Below, in pieces: positions 38,114 to 51,821 of a stretch of 64,000 nucleotides of DNA. The position numbers were made by a program, and so were the translations under genes. This stretch comes from Octopus vulgaris. Lineage: Eukaryota. Location: assembly GCA_951406725.2 (NCBI GenBank), contig OX597814.1, positions 199,082,001-199,146,000 of the forward strand, read 5' to 3'. Position 1 is the first letter of the stretch; every line of letters starts with the position of its first letter. The notes under the pieces are model-generated. The model saw only the letters and a list, made by a program, of their open reading frames with translations. It had not been told where the DNA came from and made no database searches.

Positions 38114-38965
38114 GCCTGTTCTGTTGATCGGGCCAACTAAAAAACCCTCGTCGACGTCACCGACGGAGTGCTATTATTTTATATTTTGTGACCATCCTTT
38201 AAAAAATAAACCATTCCTAAGTCTGTCATATTTCCTGGATTGCGCTTCCAATAAGTCGGCTGCTGTTTTGAAAATTTAGTTCAAGAAGTCAACAAGAGAC
38301 GACGATTTCATAATTTCTAGAGTATAAGTAATTACAATGTTCGAAACGCTTCGCTCCATAACTGAAAAAAAAGAAAAGCATTTCAAGCAACCTATGTGAT
38401 TTGTTTCCAGCAGTAATTAGCTACAATTCTCTAAAGACTGAACATTTTTACTAAATTTATATTTGATTCGAGATGCGACTAATTAGTTAAATGAAACCTA
38501 ATTACATATCGTCTATTGTCCATCATATAATTTTGAAAAGCTACAGTCGTACATAGAATTCATAATTCGGTCAGTGCATCTTTAACAAATTACAATAACC
38601 ATTTATTCTCTATCGTAGATATTGATTAAGCGATATTGTCTTTTGTGATTAAAACGAAAACCGAAACAATTTTACATTAGCATCGATTAAATATAGGACC
38701 CTCTTTCCACTCTTTCCATACACTGGAGTATAATCAAAAGAATTTGCCGTAGCAATTGATGTGACGATTAATAAAGTTAGATTTATTCATGTCTCTCTTG
38801 CTCTCGATCTGTTTCTTTCCGTTTATATTTCTCTGTCCGTATATGTGCATTGTATACACATAGACATTTCTATACGTGCATATATATATATATATATAAG
38901 AATTTTTTGCGTAATAAGATAAAAAACCAAGGCTGTATAGATATTAGAGCATTTATAGATAGAAG

Positions 38966-39017
38966 GTCTTAGAGCTGTTTCTAGGATATCTATTAATAAT
39001 ATCCTTTCATCGGAGAC
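38966..39017 (-). ncRNA. Type I HHR (U4>C, stem III mismatch)
   Basis: Minus strand GTCT-CCGATGA-A-AGGATAT..ATATCCT-A-GAAAC-AGCT-CTA|AGAC. Confidence 0.6.
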
Positions 39018-39075
39018 GGTGTGAGAGGAAAAATGAAGTCATAGTTAATTTCGATGTGATACAAAATAGAGTCAA

Positions 39076-39275
39076 TTCAAATAAACAACAAATCAAATAA
39101 ACGGATAAAAACGAGGAAAACTAGCGAACGTGAGCGCGTGCTCAAGTATATTACCTTGACACTCGGTGAAGAGAGAGAGTAACGTTTCCAGTATAGCTCT
39201 TTGTCGGAAAGGAGACAGGGAAATGTCCAAAAAGAAGAAGAAATCGCCAACGGGCCACGCGTGGTCACATTGCTG
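39076..39275 (-). mobile_element. About 190 bp HHR-bearing family, degenerate copy
   Basis: Homologous to 42385-42570 and 49095-49285; motif CCGACAA..GAAACGTT at 39181-39210. Confidence 0.7.
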
Positions 39276-40984
39276 AAGTACACATACACACACATGTATG
39301 TATATTCACAGTATATAGTAGAAACAATCAAATCATGTTAATTTGAGTTTCTGATATACTCCAGTGAAAATTCGTATTGAATTAAATCAAATATCAGCTT
39401 CAAATATCAGCAGACATACTACGACCCAATCTCACCAATTTTACCTATGAAGAAACTGGATCTACTTCAGCATTCAACAAACCTCCGGTACTCCGCAAAA
39501 ATTATATCGGGTATGCATCCGCTGTTTGCTAAATGCCAAGATTAGTATTCGTCTGCCTTCCTATAGCTAAAACGTCATCGCTTTCTCATAAGCATACAAA
39601 CTATAAGTTAATAAGAAGAATAGCATTACATCTAGTTCTAACATATGAAAAATAATTTCGCATAAGCTTATATTATTATTATTCATGAGAAAGGGTATGT
39701 CCAGTGGATGGATCTTGTAAAACAAAGGCGATTATATTTAATGCAGAAATTACAGCAAACTAACTCTGTTATATTGGCATGATAGAAGGAGAATTCAAAA
39801 ACAGCTGTCACACTTTCTCATTCAAAAACTTGAGTAAAGTGCTGCGCAGTGAGGCACTAAAGTAGTCTCGCAATTAAAATGTAACGTTGTGGTCTACAAT
39901 ACCAACGAGAGGATCGAGATGTGATGCAGACCTTATGTAAATAGTAACCAAATTCGTGGGGTCTCTTCCTTAGTATTCTTGAACTAGACAATTTTCTAGT
40001 ACTAAAGCTAATTTAAATGCTAAGAGCGAGACATAGCCAACACCTGCCCACAATTCAATAAGTGCATGTTGAGCTTTTCGTGGTCATCAACATGACAGCG
40101 GGATAGAATTCGGTACGAGACTACAATAGGAAATTAGGCATTGATATTCTAATGTTCCTTTTCTCTTTCAGTTTACTAATTTCAGCATTATATTTTAAAT
40201 CAAAACGCCATGTTTTCAATTCTCTTGGTTTTTTCCTGTCACACATCATTTCAATTCAATTCACAAATTTCTTTGTTTATTGACCATAACAGTAATTCTC
40301 TTTTTCAATTTATTACCCAGTAATCAATAATTTTTATTATATACTCTCAGTGAATTTTTCACCAATAATTTTATTCAAATTTATTTTGTATCAATGTTTT
40401 ATCGATCATTTTTTATCAACTTTTATTTTTCATCACTATTAATTTTTAAAAAAACCGTTACGTTGGTACTTATTAAATTTTATAATTACTTTCACACCAC
40501 TCCTCTATTTTAACGTTAATTATGTGTTTATAGTTAATCTTGTTTGGTAATCGCTGTCAAATTATTTCCTTTAAAAGCTGCTTTGCAATTTAGACAAATT
40601 TTTGCATACATTGTATATTTCGAATATATTTGTATATATGTTTTCTATATGCGAACGTTTTTCTCTATATAGAGTTAAGACTGGATCGAAATATATCTGG
40701 CAGTGTCAAACTATTGATAGTGTAAATCTAAAGCAATTAATACGTACAGAACAGTTGTAATCTGTGATTTAATAGCCTTATTTATTTGTGTTGATGGGTT
40801 GTACGTGTGGACGCTTGGGTTTGATTACACGGTATTTGTGTGTATATAGGTGAATTTTATATGCATATCTAGTTAAAATTTTGTATATATATTAGCACAA
40901 ATTTATAGAAAAACAAAGTCGAAGAAAGGTGTAGGAACAACAAGCAAGTGTATTAGTTTGTTGCTCAGGCAAAATTGAAAAAGT

Positions 40985-41020
40985 CTTTTACGTTTCGAGC
41001 CTGCGCTATTCGACAGAAAG
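40985..41020 (-). ncRNA. Minimal HHR (A6>U)
   Basis: Minus strand CTTT-CTGTCGA-A-TAGC-GCAG-GCTC-GAAAC-GTA|AAAG. Confidence 0.55.
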
Positions 41021-41086
41021 GAATAAGAGGAAATAAATAGAGAGAGAGAATGAAAAACAAAAATTTGTTGAGTTCACTGGAGCAAA

Positions 41087-41139
<53 letters not shown>

Positions 41140-41366
41140 GCAAATAAGAAAATGGAGAGAATACAAAAACGACATACATCAGCCGGTAGACATTCTAGTA
41201 TACCTATTTATTCCAATGCATTAGATGAATACATACACATGTATTAACCATGTATTATATACACATGTACTAATATTACAGAAGATAAGATTGTCAGTAG
41301 GTGCTAGTTCCTTACGGCCGTTTCTGCCAAGAGGTAACGAAGTCCTCCATACCATCTTCATGTCTT

Positions 41367-41449
<83 letters not shown>

Positions 41450-41450
<1 letters not shown>

Positions 41451-41800
41451 ATTGTAAATGGTAAAGACTCTCTTTGGTCATGAATGACCATATGGGATTG
41501 CACCTTGAAAGTTCCCCTTCGAGGCATAAGTTTGGACAAGTTTGTTTATGGAAGACCACGAGACGCCCATGCATACTAGCCTCCACTCTCCATGCCACCG
41601 GTGATATCCAAAGGAAAGACAAAGGCTGATACAGCTTGGCGCCAGTGACGTCGCAACTCATTTCTACAGCTGAGTGAACTGGAGCAACGTGAAATAAAGT
41701 ATCTAGCTGAAGAATACAAGACACATCCCTGTCCGGGAATCTAACTCACTACCTCATGATTGTGAGCCCGACGCTCTAACCACTAGCCATGCACCTTCAC
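41450..41800 (-). mobile_element. tRNA-headed SINE related to family C
   Basis: Minus-strand head GTGAAGGTGCATGGCTAGTGGTTAGAG; TTTCACGTTGCTCCAGT body shared with 35667-35860 and 37428-37680. Confidence 0.75.
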
Positions 41801-41834
41801 ATACACACAAATTTATACATATACCTAGATACAC

Positions 41835-41884
<50 letters not shown>

Positions 41885-42070
41885 TAAGCAATTAAGGGTT
41901 TAGCAACGAATTGCCTCACCACACACCGAATTTAGAAATAGCAGTCAAAGAGTTATAGCTATTCTTTCTACTAAAAGGGAGATCTCAGTAAAAACACAGC
42001 ACTTGAAAGGCAAACACAGACAGGTAAGAGAGAATGAAATGACGGCAATCTATCATACAATTTTAAGTCA

Positions 42071-42162
42071 CCTACGGACGTACGTTTCGAAATCAAGTTT
42101 TAGGAAAGCATAAGAATTAGAAAATTCTACCTTACCCAAACTTCTTTTCTCATCAGCGTAGG
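42071..42162 (-). ncRNA. Type I HHR, fully canonical
   Basis: Minus strand CCTACG-CTGATGA-GAAA..TTTC-GAAAC-GTAC-GTC|CGTAGG; 6 bp stem I; stem II extends AAGTTT/AAACTT; predicted cut between 42077 and 42076. Confidence 0.88.
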
Positions 42163-42314
42163 ATACTACAATTATGAATAATTGTATATTAAATTTTGAG
42201 ATACTAGAAGGCATAATCTCAACTCAGTGTCAGAGCGAGCCAAAGCATTACCAGTACCACGAAATTCAAAGTGTGAATGAAAGTTTGTGTCACCAGCCCC
42301 CTTCCACCCAACCA

Positions 42315-42362
<48 letters not shown>

Positions 42363-42488
42363 AACATGTATATAGATAGATAGATAGTCAATCCAAACAT
42401 GAACAAGCAAAAAAAAAAACAACAACGCGAGGACGTGGAATAAGTACAGCGTTATTGGACGCTCAGGAAAGGAAAGAAAAGAAAGAGG

Positions 42489-42523
42489 ATTTCACGTTTC
42501 GAGCGGAGCTCTTCATCAGAAAT
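42489..42523 (-). ncRNA. Minimal HHR with a GUG triplet (likely inactive copy)
   Basis: Minus strand ATTT-CTGATGA-A-GAGC-TCC-GCTC-GAAAC-GTG-AAAT. Confidence 0.7.
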
Positions 42524-43277
42524 ATAGAAAAAGTACAAAGAAGGGAAGACAGAGGAAGAAAATCGCCAACGATATATATATAAATATGTTTGTGTATGTA
42601 TGTATGTATGCATGCATTGCGAAGAAAACGGCTTTTGGCTAGGTGTCTGTCATGTATGTCAGTGTAGATATTGTTTGCGCGCGTGTATGTATGTGTTGTG
42701 TGTGTGTTACTATGAGATATGTATTTTTTGTGTGCTATATTGTGTGAGTAGATATATGCATTTGGCTGTTCTCTACAGTGGAATATATGTGCGTGTGTAT
42801 GAACGCGTGTTTGAGATTAAATTAGCATAGTTTCGGTGAGGCGTGTGGAAGTGAGCCGCGCGGGGAGAAGGGTAGTGTAAATGGTGAGTTGAACTTAAAG
42901 ACTTATGCTTTTAATTTTTGACAGCATTCATGCCTGAATTCTTTAAGTCTTTCTCACCTTTGAACTGTAAATCTGTCTACAGCTGTCCAAAGTTATCAGT
43001 TTATTATTTTTTTGGTTCACTTTCTTATTAGACTGTCAGCATCGACTGCGGCCATGATGGGTTACCTCCTTCAAGAATTTCTAGTCAGATGAATCAACAT
43101 TAGTATTTAGATTTTGACAAGACTGGTAGTTATTCAATCGGTTCCCTTTGGACGAACCTCTGCGTTACGGAGTCATCAACACCTCAACACTGATTTCCAA
43201 GCGGTGGCAGGGCACACACACATACACACATACGTACTCACACATACACACAACATACACACACACACACACATATA

Positions 43278-45135
43278 CTAGCAGAGACACCCGGCGTTGC
43301 TCGGGATTAAAATAGCATAGTTTATATATAATATATTACAGTTATATTGAAACAGGTGATATGGGAAAGTACAGCATTGACAACAAAACATTTGTGGATC
43401 AAATGATGGGCTAATTCGACTAAGTAACATGCTATGCGTCTGTTTGGAATATTTCAGGCCCTAACTTGTGGGGGTTATGTGATTTTTGATCACACCGAGA
43501 AGTTGTCAGTGGATATACTCTCTTTTGCAGCTGTCGGGGCTGTGTCTAACACGACCCATCATCTGAAATGTTGACACCTCCTTCGGGTTTGTTGTCCTAC
43601 ATCACTCATAAATTAAATTTGGAGGAACTATAGTTGTTCATTTGTGGGTAACAGGGAACCAATGACGAGATAGGCTTGCCCTTGAACTTTGACGTCGTCG
43701 TAAATTCATGTTTATCTATCTTCTTAGATGTACCAAACGATGTCGTTTGCAGAGTTGTATTGTCTGATATTGTTGAGAAAATCCTTTGACTGCATGGAAA
43801 TGCCTTCTAGAAGATCCATAAGAGGTTGAGAAGGAGCTGGTAGTGCTGGCAATGTTATCTGACCGACTGAGCAGCACATGCCCTTTGTTTCATTTGAAAC
43901 TTTGAAAACTCTACAATAAAGACAATTTGTGCTTAGCACACCAATTTGGACAGAGTTATCATTTTTATAAGAAAACAGCTTCAGAAGTTGTGAAGAACGA
44001 ATTTATACGTAGTCTGTTTCTGAGAGATTTTCTATTGGACCTCTGTCTTATCATTAAAACATTGATATAATGATCCAGCATTAAGTGCTACAACATGCAT
44101 TTGCTGATGTTGAGAAAATCTCATCTAGCTTCTCTCTTCAGACTCTCGCGTTTTCTACAATCCTTCTCGCTTTATACATGTTCCTGGAAAGATAACGTCT
44201 TTTCTTTGGTGACATATTTTTTCCCAGTATTGTAAAGAAAAAAATATGAACATAGAAAGAAATTATACATTAATCCATATTTTTGTAAACAGTTGTATCT
44301 TGTATCTATAAAAATTTTATTTCAAGAGAGCAGAAATTGAAAGATAAACCGAGAATGGAGAAAGAAAGTGAAAGTTGTATGTACGTCTATATGAAATGGA
44401 CGTATGTGTGTCTGTGTGCGTGCGTGTGTGTGTGCGCGTGTGTATGTGAGAGAGAAAGAGGGTGAGAAAGAGAGATAAAGTGAGTGAGTGAATGTGTGTG
44501 TCGTGATGATTGACGTCTTTTAAAATTTTTACGATAGTTAATTTATGGAAAAGATTAAATTAAACTTTTGAAGTATAATTTGTAGCCAATATAGTATTGA
44601 ATCTTTTGATACCCTATACGTCAAAATCTCTAACTCGGTTTTGGAAAGCATAAGGAATAAATAATATCAATGAGGCAGACCTCTACATGGTAGCTTGACC
44701 TGGTAGACATATCAGCCAAATCTCCCTCAAAACACTCTACTCTCTTAATACGATATTTCTGCTTATTATATAGTTTGAATGAGAAACCGTAGCTAAAGAT
44801 TAAGATTATTAAACCCACAGAGAGAGAGGAAAGAAGAGAGACAGCATAAGACGGTTTTGGCTGACTGTCATCCTGTACTCCCCTTGTTGTTAGCGAAATG
44901 GTATAGGCCGGCTGTCTGAACAACTGGTTGTTTTAATGGCGGAACAAACAGAACGTTATAGATTACAAAAATAGCGATTCTCACTTTGAAACTAACGATT
45001 TTGAAAATCTTTTTAGATTTCGGAACGCCCAGCTCTCCCGAGTATCTGTGTATAAAATTTCAGCGCGATCGGATGAACAATACTCGAGTTATAAGCGCAC
45101 AGACAGACAGACGGAACGGGTTTTATATATTAAGA
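43278..45135 (-). mobile_element. Internally deleted Helitron with RepHel N-terminal remnant
   Basis: A|TC 5' end; CCCGAGCAACGCCGGG hairpin then CTAG|T 3' end; ORF 43724-43939 CC..GQITLPALPAP..PL..LL.G..SKDFLNNIRQYNSA is typical of Helitron proteins. Confidence 0.88.
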
Positions 45136-45588
45136 TATACACAGGTTTCTTTCAGCCTTCGTCTACCAAATCCACTCATTTGGTCCGCTTGAGGCTGGAG
45201 TCGAATACTACACTTGGCCAAAGTGCTACACAACGGTTCTGAATTCTATATTGTATGGTTGTGGAGCAAACTTCTTATCACACAGCCACGCCTACGCCAG
45301 TTTAATCTGTAATAACGATCTCCTTTACATATCAAATTAATGAATGTATTTCTAATTGTTTGCCTTATCTAAACTGTAAGTAAAAAGAATGGATTTTATT
45401 TGTGTAACAGAGCTGAATACTGAATATATCTATGATATTCCAATGTATATGATCTGATAAGATACTTTTCTCTCGAAATACTTCATGGAAAGATTAGGAA
45501 ACGGCTGTAATGATATGGAAATCGTACGAAAATAATAAATCCGTATTCGTCTGCTCACTGTGAGTTCAGTTTGATTCTCTAGCACAAT

Positions 45589-45640
<52 letters not shown>

Positions 45641-45645
<5 letters not shown>

Positions 45646-45930
45646 AGGCGCAATGGCTCAGTGGCTCAGTGGTTAGGGCAGCGGACTCCCGGTTTCGATT
45701 CCCAGACCGGGCATTGTGAATGTTTATTGAGCTAAAACACCTAAAGCTCCACAAGGTTCCGGCAGGGGGGGGGGTGATCCCTGCTGTACTCTTTCGTCAT
45801 AACTTTCTCTCATTCTTTCTACCGTTGGCCTGCTCGCTTGGACAGCGGGGTGGCGTCATTTGAAGGCTTAAACAATGCGATGTGTAGCAGCATCTGATAG
45901 CCTGGTCGTTCACGGTGATCACGGTGATAT
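45641..45930 (+). mobile_element. SINE family C
   Basis: Family match. Confidence 0.85.
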
Positions 45931-46274
45931 ATATATATATATATGCATATACTACGAGTGTATAACGGGAGAGAGGGAGAGAGAGAGGGGGGTTGAGAGA
46001 TTACGGGAGAAATATCTCATGTAAGCATTTGGTATCAACTAGTTGAGGTGCAAAGTTTTGTCATCCATTCGAATGACTTACTTTGGAATGTAATCTAACA
46101 TCTTGTAAGTATAACATTTGAACGTCCTTCATAAGTCAACAGTTTGCCAAATATGCATCTAAATCCCAATCATTTCTGTATATTTTACAATTTCAATCCA
46201 ATATGCCTTGCAATTAGATGACTGACAGGTCTAGATGACTCGCAGATCTAGAAATTTTGAGAGGTTTGTTGCAG

Positions 46275-46765
46275 TCTTCTTCTTATTCCAATCAGGACTC
46301 ATGCCATTAGTCACAAAGAATAATCTCTAATTCGAGCCTACTCTAAGCTACTAAGAATACGTGTGGCAACTTGAAGATCCACCCACCACATGCGATTGAC
46401 TGGCGGTTGCAAGAGCGCGAAAGCTACGTTGTTATTCTCATTCCGTAAACGGTGGCTTTTTTAACGGGTGGAAAGCTGAACCATCCTGGGGTACAGAGGA
46501 TTCACAATCTAGACTAGGGTCTGAAAGTTTGCCACACCATAGTGGGTTATACCATGGTTCCTCTGCTTTGTGGCAAAAGTAGGAAGAAAGAGTGAGAGAA
46601 AGTTGTAGTGAATGAGTACAGCGGGGTTCCCCCCCCTCGCCGGAACATCGTGCAGCTTAAGTGTTTTTGCTCAATAAACACTCACAATGCCCGGACCAGG
46701 AATCGAAACCGCTTTCTTACGACCGCGCGTCCGTTGCCCTAACCCTTGGGTCATTGCGCCTCCAC
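46275..46765 (-). mobile_element. SINE family C variant with alternative tail
   Basis: Near-identical to 10335-10820. Confidence 0.85.
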
Positions 46766-46837
46766 TGTTTGTTGCAGTTGCGTGCCTTGGCGTTTGTTAC
46801 AGCTTCGTGCTTTTTTTAATATGTAGAGAGCATTTAG

Positions 46838-47150
46838 GCAGCGAGCAGGCAGCATTGTTGGCACGGCGGTCAAAATACTTAGCGGTATTTCGTCTGCCGT
46901 TACGTTCTGAGTTCAAATTCCGCCGAGGTCGACTTTGCCTTTCATCCTTTCGAGGTCGATAAGTTAAGTACCAGTTACGCTCTGGAGTTGATGTAATCGA
47001 CTTAAACCGTTTGTCTGTTCTTGTTTGTCCCCTCTATGTTTAGCCCCTTGTGGGCAGTAAAAAAATAGGTATTTTCGTCCATTTCCAAAGTATCACCATG
47101 GCCAACTTTGCTTTTCATCCTTTTCAGGGTCGATAAAATAAGTACCAGAT
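46838..47150 (+). mobile_element. SINE family B plus a partial second unit
   Basis: Family match. Confidence 0.85.
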
Positions 47151-48590
47151 GAATAAAATAATTACCATATCATGAGTTACATCAAACAGCATCATATTTT
47201 ACTATCCAAGTGAAGGTTTCCAACTTACTAACTGAAATTATTTTTTCGTTTTCTATTTCTGTGTGCATAGCTTTAACAAATACTAATGAAACTCCATCGG
47301 CCATTAAGGAATAGAATAAGAAAGACTGAACGAGAGATAGTTGGGAAGAAGAGTAACTAATGCTTCAATGTACCTTTGAAAAAGATCCGACAATTCTTGT
47401 ATGTTTCATTGCCTTAAAACATTGTTTATCAGAGCTTGTTCAACGCATCCCAATCCTCCCTCTTCTCTCCAACTCCTCCTCTTTAAGTCTCTCACTTTAA
47501 CTGTAATTATTTCGCAAAGATTTCTTAATACAGCTCGTGGGATTAATACAGCTTCTGTGATAACTTGTAAATAACATTCGAGCATGTGATCACAGTATGG
47601 GGTTTTTTGTTCGATAAATGTTTATTTTTCTCCTATGTAATCCATGCAGAATAATCAAAACCAATGAGATTTTTGTTACAAAGCATCTTAAAAGAAGAAA
47701 CAAAGATTTTCCTTTTAGAATTTTAATAAATCCATTCGATATGGATGTAATAAGATCGGAAGTGTTAGAGTATTTAGCTTTGCTTTTTCCGTGATGACAA
47801 TTATTGATTTTAGATCTTTTGAAAAAGCTTTTTTTTATATTTTTTAAAGTTCTTCAATGATATGAAATTTTTCCTTTGGAAATATGTGAATCCGAGCCAC
47901 CCTTTTGCTATAAACGGAATGTAATTTAATTTGGTTCATAAGCGTATTTAAAACGATGAATGTAATTACAATTCGGTAAATTCAAAACACTATTAATACT
48001 TTGTAATCAATTATACTTTTCTTTGTTATCAACCCTTTTACAAAAATTGTAAATAAAACCATTAATACATGCAAGTCTGTCTGTGTGTGAGTGAGTGTAT
48101 GTTTATGTTTGCATACATGTGACATGTGGGTGTCGATGGAAATCACACATGGTACTCTTGGCAAACATATTAGTGTGAATTCCATAAGTGCATTGTTTGC
48201 AGTCTTTATGAGAATATAGAAAACTGCGTTAATGCCTTTATTTTACACACATATACGCACACCCACACACGCAAGTAAACACACACACATACACACACAT
48301 ACACACACACACACATACACACTGGCAGATAGATGCAAAGACTAAAAATTAACCTGCTAGCTTGACATGCACGTGTGTACCATACATGTACAGATATGTA
48401 TATGCACATACATACATACCTACATACATACATACATACATACATACATACATACATACATACATACATACATGTGTGTATATATGTATGTATATATATA
48501 TGTAGATATGTATGTATGTATATATATGTAGGTATGCATGTATGTATGTAGATATGTATGTGTGTATATATATGTGTGTGTGTGTAGGTG

Positions 48591-48625
<35 letters not shown>

Positions 48626-49061
48626 AGGTAGGTATGTATGTGTATATATATATATGCCATAACTTGCGTTTCAAGTATATAGTGCCATGATTGCTTTGGA
48701 AGAATGAATGTAGAGTGATAACATCTAGTTTTCTCCCCGATTCTACTTGAAGAAATCCAAATGCACTCCAATCGATTATCAAGCGATAAATGAATATCTA
48801 AGTCAGAGGCCACCTGGCCACCCGGAAGCGAGCCAAATGACATTCAAACCAATCGGTCTTTCCTTAACATTAATTGCTATAACACACGACCATAAGGCTG
48901 ATTGCAAGAAACCTTAGGTGCTTAACATATAATAATCATATACTCATATGTACATTCAGCTGGGTGCAAATAGCATATATATATATATATATATATATAT
49001 AATGCCATGCATTATGTCTTTATACTCTGTGTACATGTATGTATGCGTATGTAAATGTGTA

Positions 49062-49102
<41 letters not shown>

Positions 49103-49188
49103 ATCCAAACAAGAAAGCACAAAAAAACACAACAACGCGAGGACGTGGAACAAATATAGTATTATTGGACGCTAAGGAAAGACGGAGG

Positions 49189-49223
49189 GTTTAACGTTTT
49201 GAGCGGAGCTCTTCGTCGGAAAC
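49189..49223 (-). ncRNA. Minimal HHR (U4>C, G12>A)
   Basis: Minus strand GTTT-CCGACGA-A-GAGC-TCC-GCTC-AAAAC-GTT|AAAC. Confidence 0.6.
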
Positions 49224-49280
49224 ATAGGAGAAGGGAAGACAGAGGGAAAAAATCGCCAACGGTACACACGCGGTCACATT

Positions 49281-49332
<52 letters not shown>

Positions 49333-49483
49333 TTATATTCTATTTATTAGGGAATAAAATTCCGGCATCACAGGGGTTCAAATTATTCTCAATGAGGAAA
49401 TACATATGTTATTTAGAGATAGTAGTCCCCATCATCACACCATATAGAAGAATTTTAATTTAATACTTAGTACTCATTTCTCT

Positions 49484-49575
49484 GCTACACGTGTTTCTTG
49501 AGGTTCTTATACGGTTCCTTAAGCACGCAGTGTTTTACAGGAACATTTCTTGAAATGTAACGCCAATCATCAGGC
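49484..49575 (-). ncRNA. Type I HHR, core intact, weak stem I
   Basis: Minus strand GC-CTGATGA-TTG..CAA-GAAAC-ACGT-GTA|GC; lies between TA/CA runs. Confidence 0.55.
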
Positions 49576-49608
49576 CTCTAAATAACTTTATCATAGACTA
49601 CTATCTCT

Positions 49609-49714
<106 letters not shown>

Positions 49715-51269
49715 GGGGATTCAAAAGTCGTCATACATTGGAACAATCTATTTTTTATGAGAAACAGTTTATAAGAACAGTTTTTTTTTCATTTAACAGG
49801 CTCCATATTGTTACATTGTTTTGAATACTCATTGCAATACGTTTACTCCACTCATTGTGAACTCGTAATAGCACATCAGGTGATACGTGTTGTTGTTGAT
49901 ACATGAAGACGTTTGAATCAGCTTGTATATATATATTTATACAGGGTCTTGCAGATAAATTGTGACAATTCTTACGATGTATAAAACTGGTTATAATTAC
50001 TAAAATAATGGTTGTAGAGAGATATAATTTTAATGTAACATTTATTATAACAAAATATTTATCACTTAATATGGCCGCCCTTTTGAGCAATTACTGCCTC
50101 CACACGAGAACGACACACACATGAATGTATATATGCATGTATTTATGTATGTATATATATATAAGTAGATATGTATTTATGTACCTATTTTGGTGTGCAT
50201 ATGGACAGAATCAATTAACTCACCGAAAGTAAAGTAAATAATAACTTGGTCTATCATTTAGTATTAAAGCGAAATATGACCAAAGCTAATGATTAACTTT
50301 TAAGGAATGCTGGAAAACGACCAACTTAACTCGTATCACCATTATTATTGTTTGTTGATTATTATTTCTTTCTAATCTTTTGTATTGGACTAAAATGTGT
50401 ATACTTACCTCATTTACGTGAGAATACTGTAGTCCCTTAATCATTGCGTGTGTTACGTTCTAAAACCCCACGTGATAGGTGAAAATCCACGAAGTAGAAA
50501 CAGTACTGTACTCTATATTTTTTTAATTATCATTTTTATTTGTATATATTTATCATCAATATCTATAAAGCTGAAATGCAAAAAAGTTGTTTGATTTCTT
50601 GGTTATTTGTCTCATTTTGTGATGGAAAAGGTTTAAAGGGCGGTAGATGGGGTCGGATTGGCGCCAAAATTTACACAGGGGAGTAAAATGGGGTGGGCAA
50701 TGGTGTGAGGAGGGCTGCAAAGTCACTCGGGGCTACCGTTTAGTTGCTATGGTGAGGAATATGGGAAAAATTGTGTTTTATGGGATAGACAGGTTGCGCT
50801 CTTTGAATAATGGTGGCTTTTCTTGTTGCTGCAGGGGCTAGAGACGGTTATCTTTAACTGTGGGTGTAAAAATTTGGGGGATTTTGGAAAGGGGGTTAAA
50901 GAAGAGGGCAATGAAAAGAACCATGCAAAGAAAACGAACAAAAGAAGAAAGGGAAAAGGTGACAACAAGAACAAAAAACACCACCACCAAAACCCGAGCG
51001 AAGCACGGGTCAAAATAGCTAGTCTTATTATAAATGCAAAACAACACCACAGAGGATTCGACGTAAGCTAAAAAAATAAACCGCGATATGTAAACCACGA
51101 AATGGCGAGGGATTGCTGTATACTGCAAAATATGTTCCAAATTCAAGCCAAGCATGTAATTTTTTCCTCTGTTGATTTCAGTATATGTATTCCGGATTTC
51201 TGCACTCAAAGTTCAAATCTCACTGTCGTCAAATTTACCTTTCTTTTAACTGGGGTTCATAAATGACTT

Positions 51270-51770
51270 AACAGTCCACTCTTAGTTCTTAGCTCTTCCA
51301 ATGCTGTCAGTAAAACGGGCAACGAGATTTCTCCAAACATCCCGACTGCTCCCTTTCCGCTTAGCTCCACTTCGGCCGACCCCCATCGTTAGTATGTCGT
51401 TCTGGATCGTACCGTGACACGTCTTCCTTGATTTTCCACACGATCTTTTACCTCTTTCCGCCGAACACTCTGTCACGATGATAGCATATCTCTCCTGCTG
51501 ATGTCAAAAGACACGGTCAGTAAGACGTACCCGCCGCTTCGTCACCATGTCCTACAAACTTACCATGTCAGCTCTTTTGCTATTCATTTCTCATCATGTC
51601 CCGATAAGAGATGCCCAGGATTGGAAATAGGCAGCATCGATGGAACACATGCAGCAATTGAGAGATTTTCGCTGTCTTCTTCCAGGTTTCACAGATGTAG
51701 ATGGCTGTTGGTATAGCAACAGATGAGCATAATTGCAGTTTTACCTTCTTACTGATAGTCTTCAATCTTC
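51270..51770 (-). mobile_element. Degenerate RTE-clade LINE 3' fragment
   Basis: ORF 51580-51765 ISKKVKLQLCSSVAIPTAIYICETW..LHVFHRCCL..ILGISYRD..RNE. Confidence 0.8.
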
Positions 51771-51821
51771 TTATTGGACGAAGGCGTTGGAATATTGGTG
51801 TTGCTTTACCTATTGGTTGCG

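Noticed and set aside
50620-51030. Purine-rich block with K-rich ORFs
   Set aside because: Low complexity; may be an antisense LINE 3' UTR but cannot be assigned.
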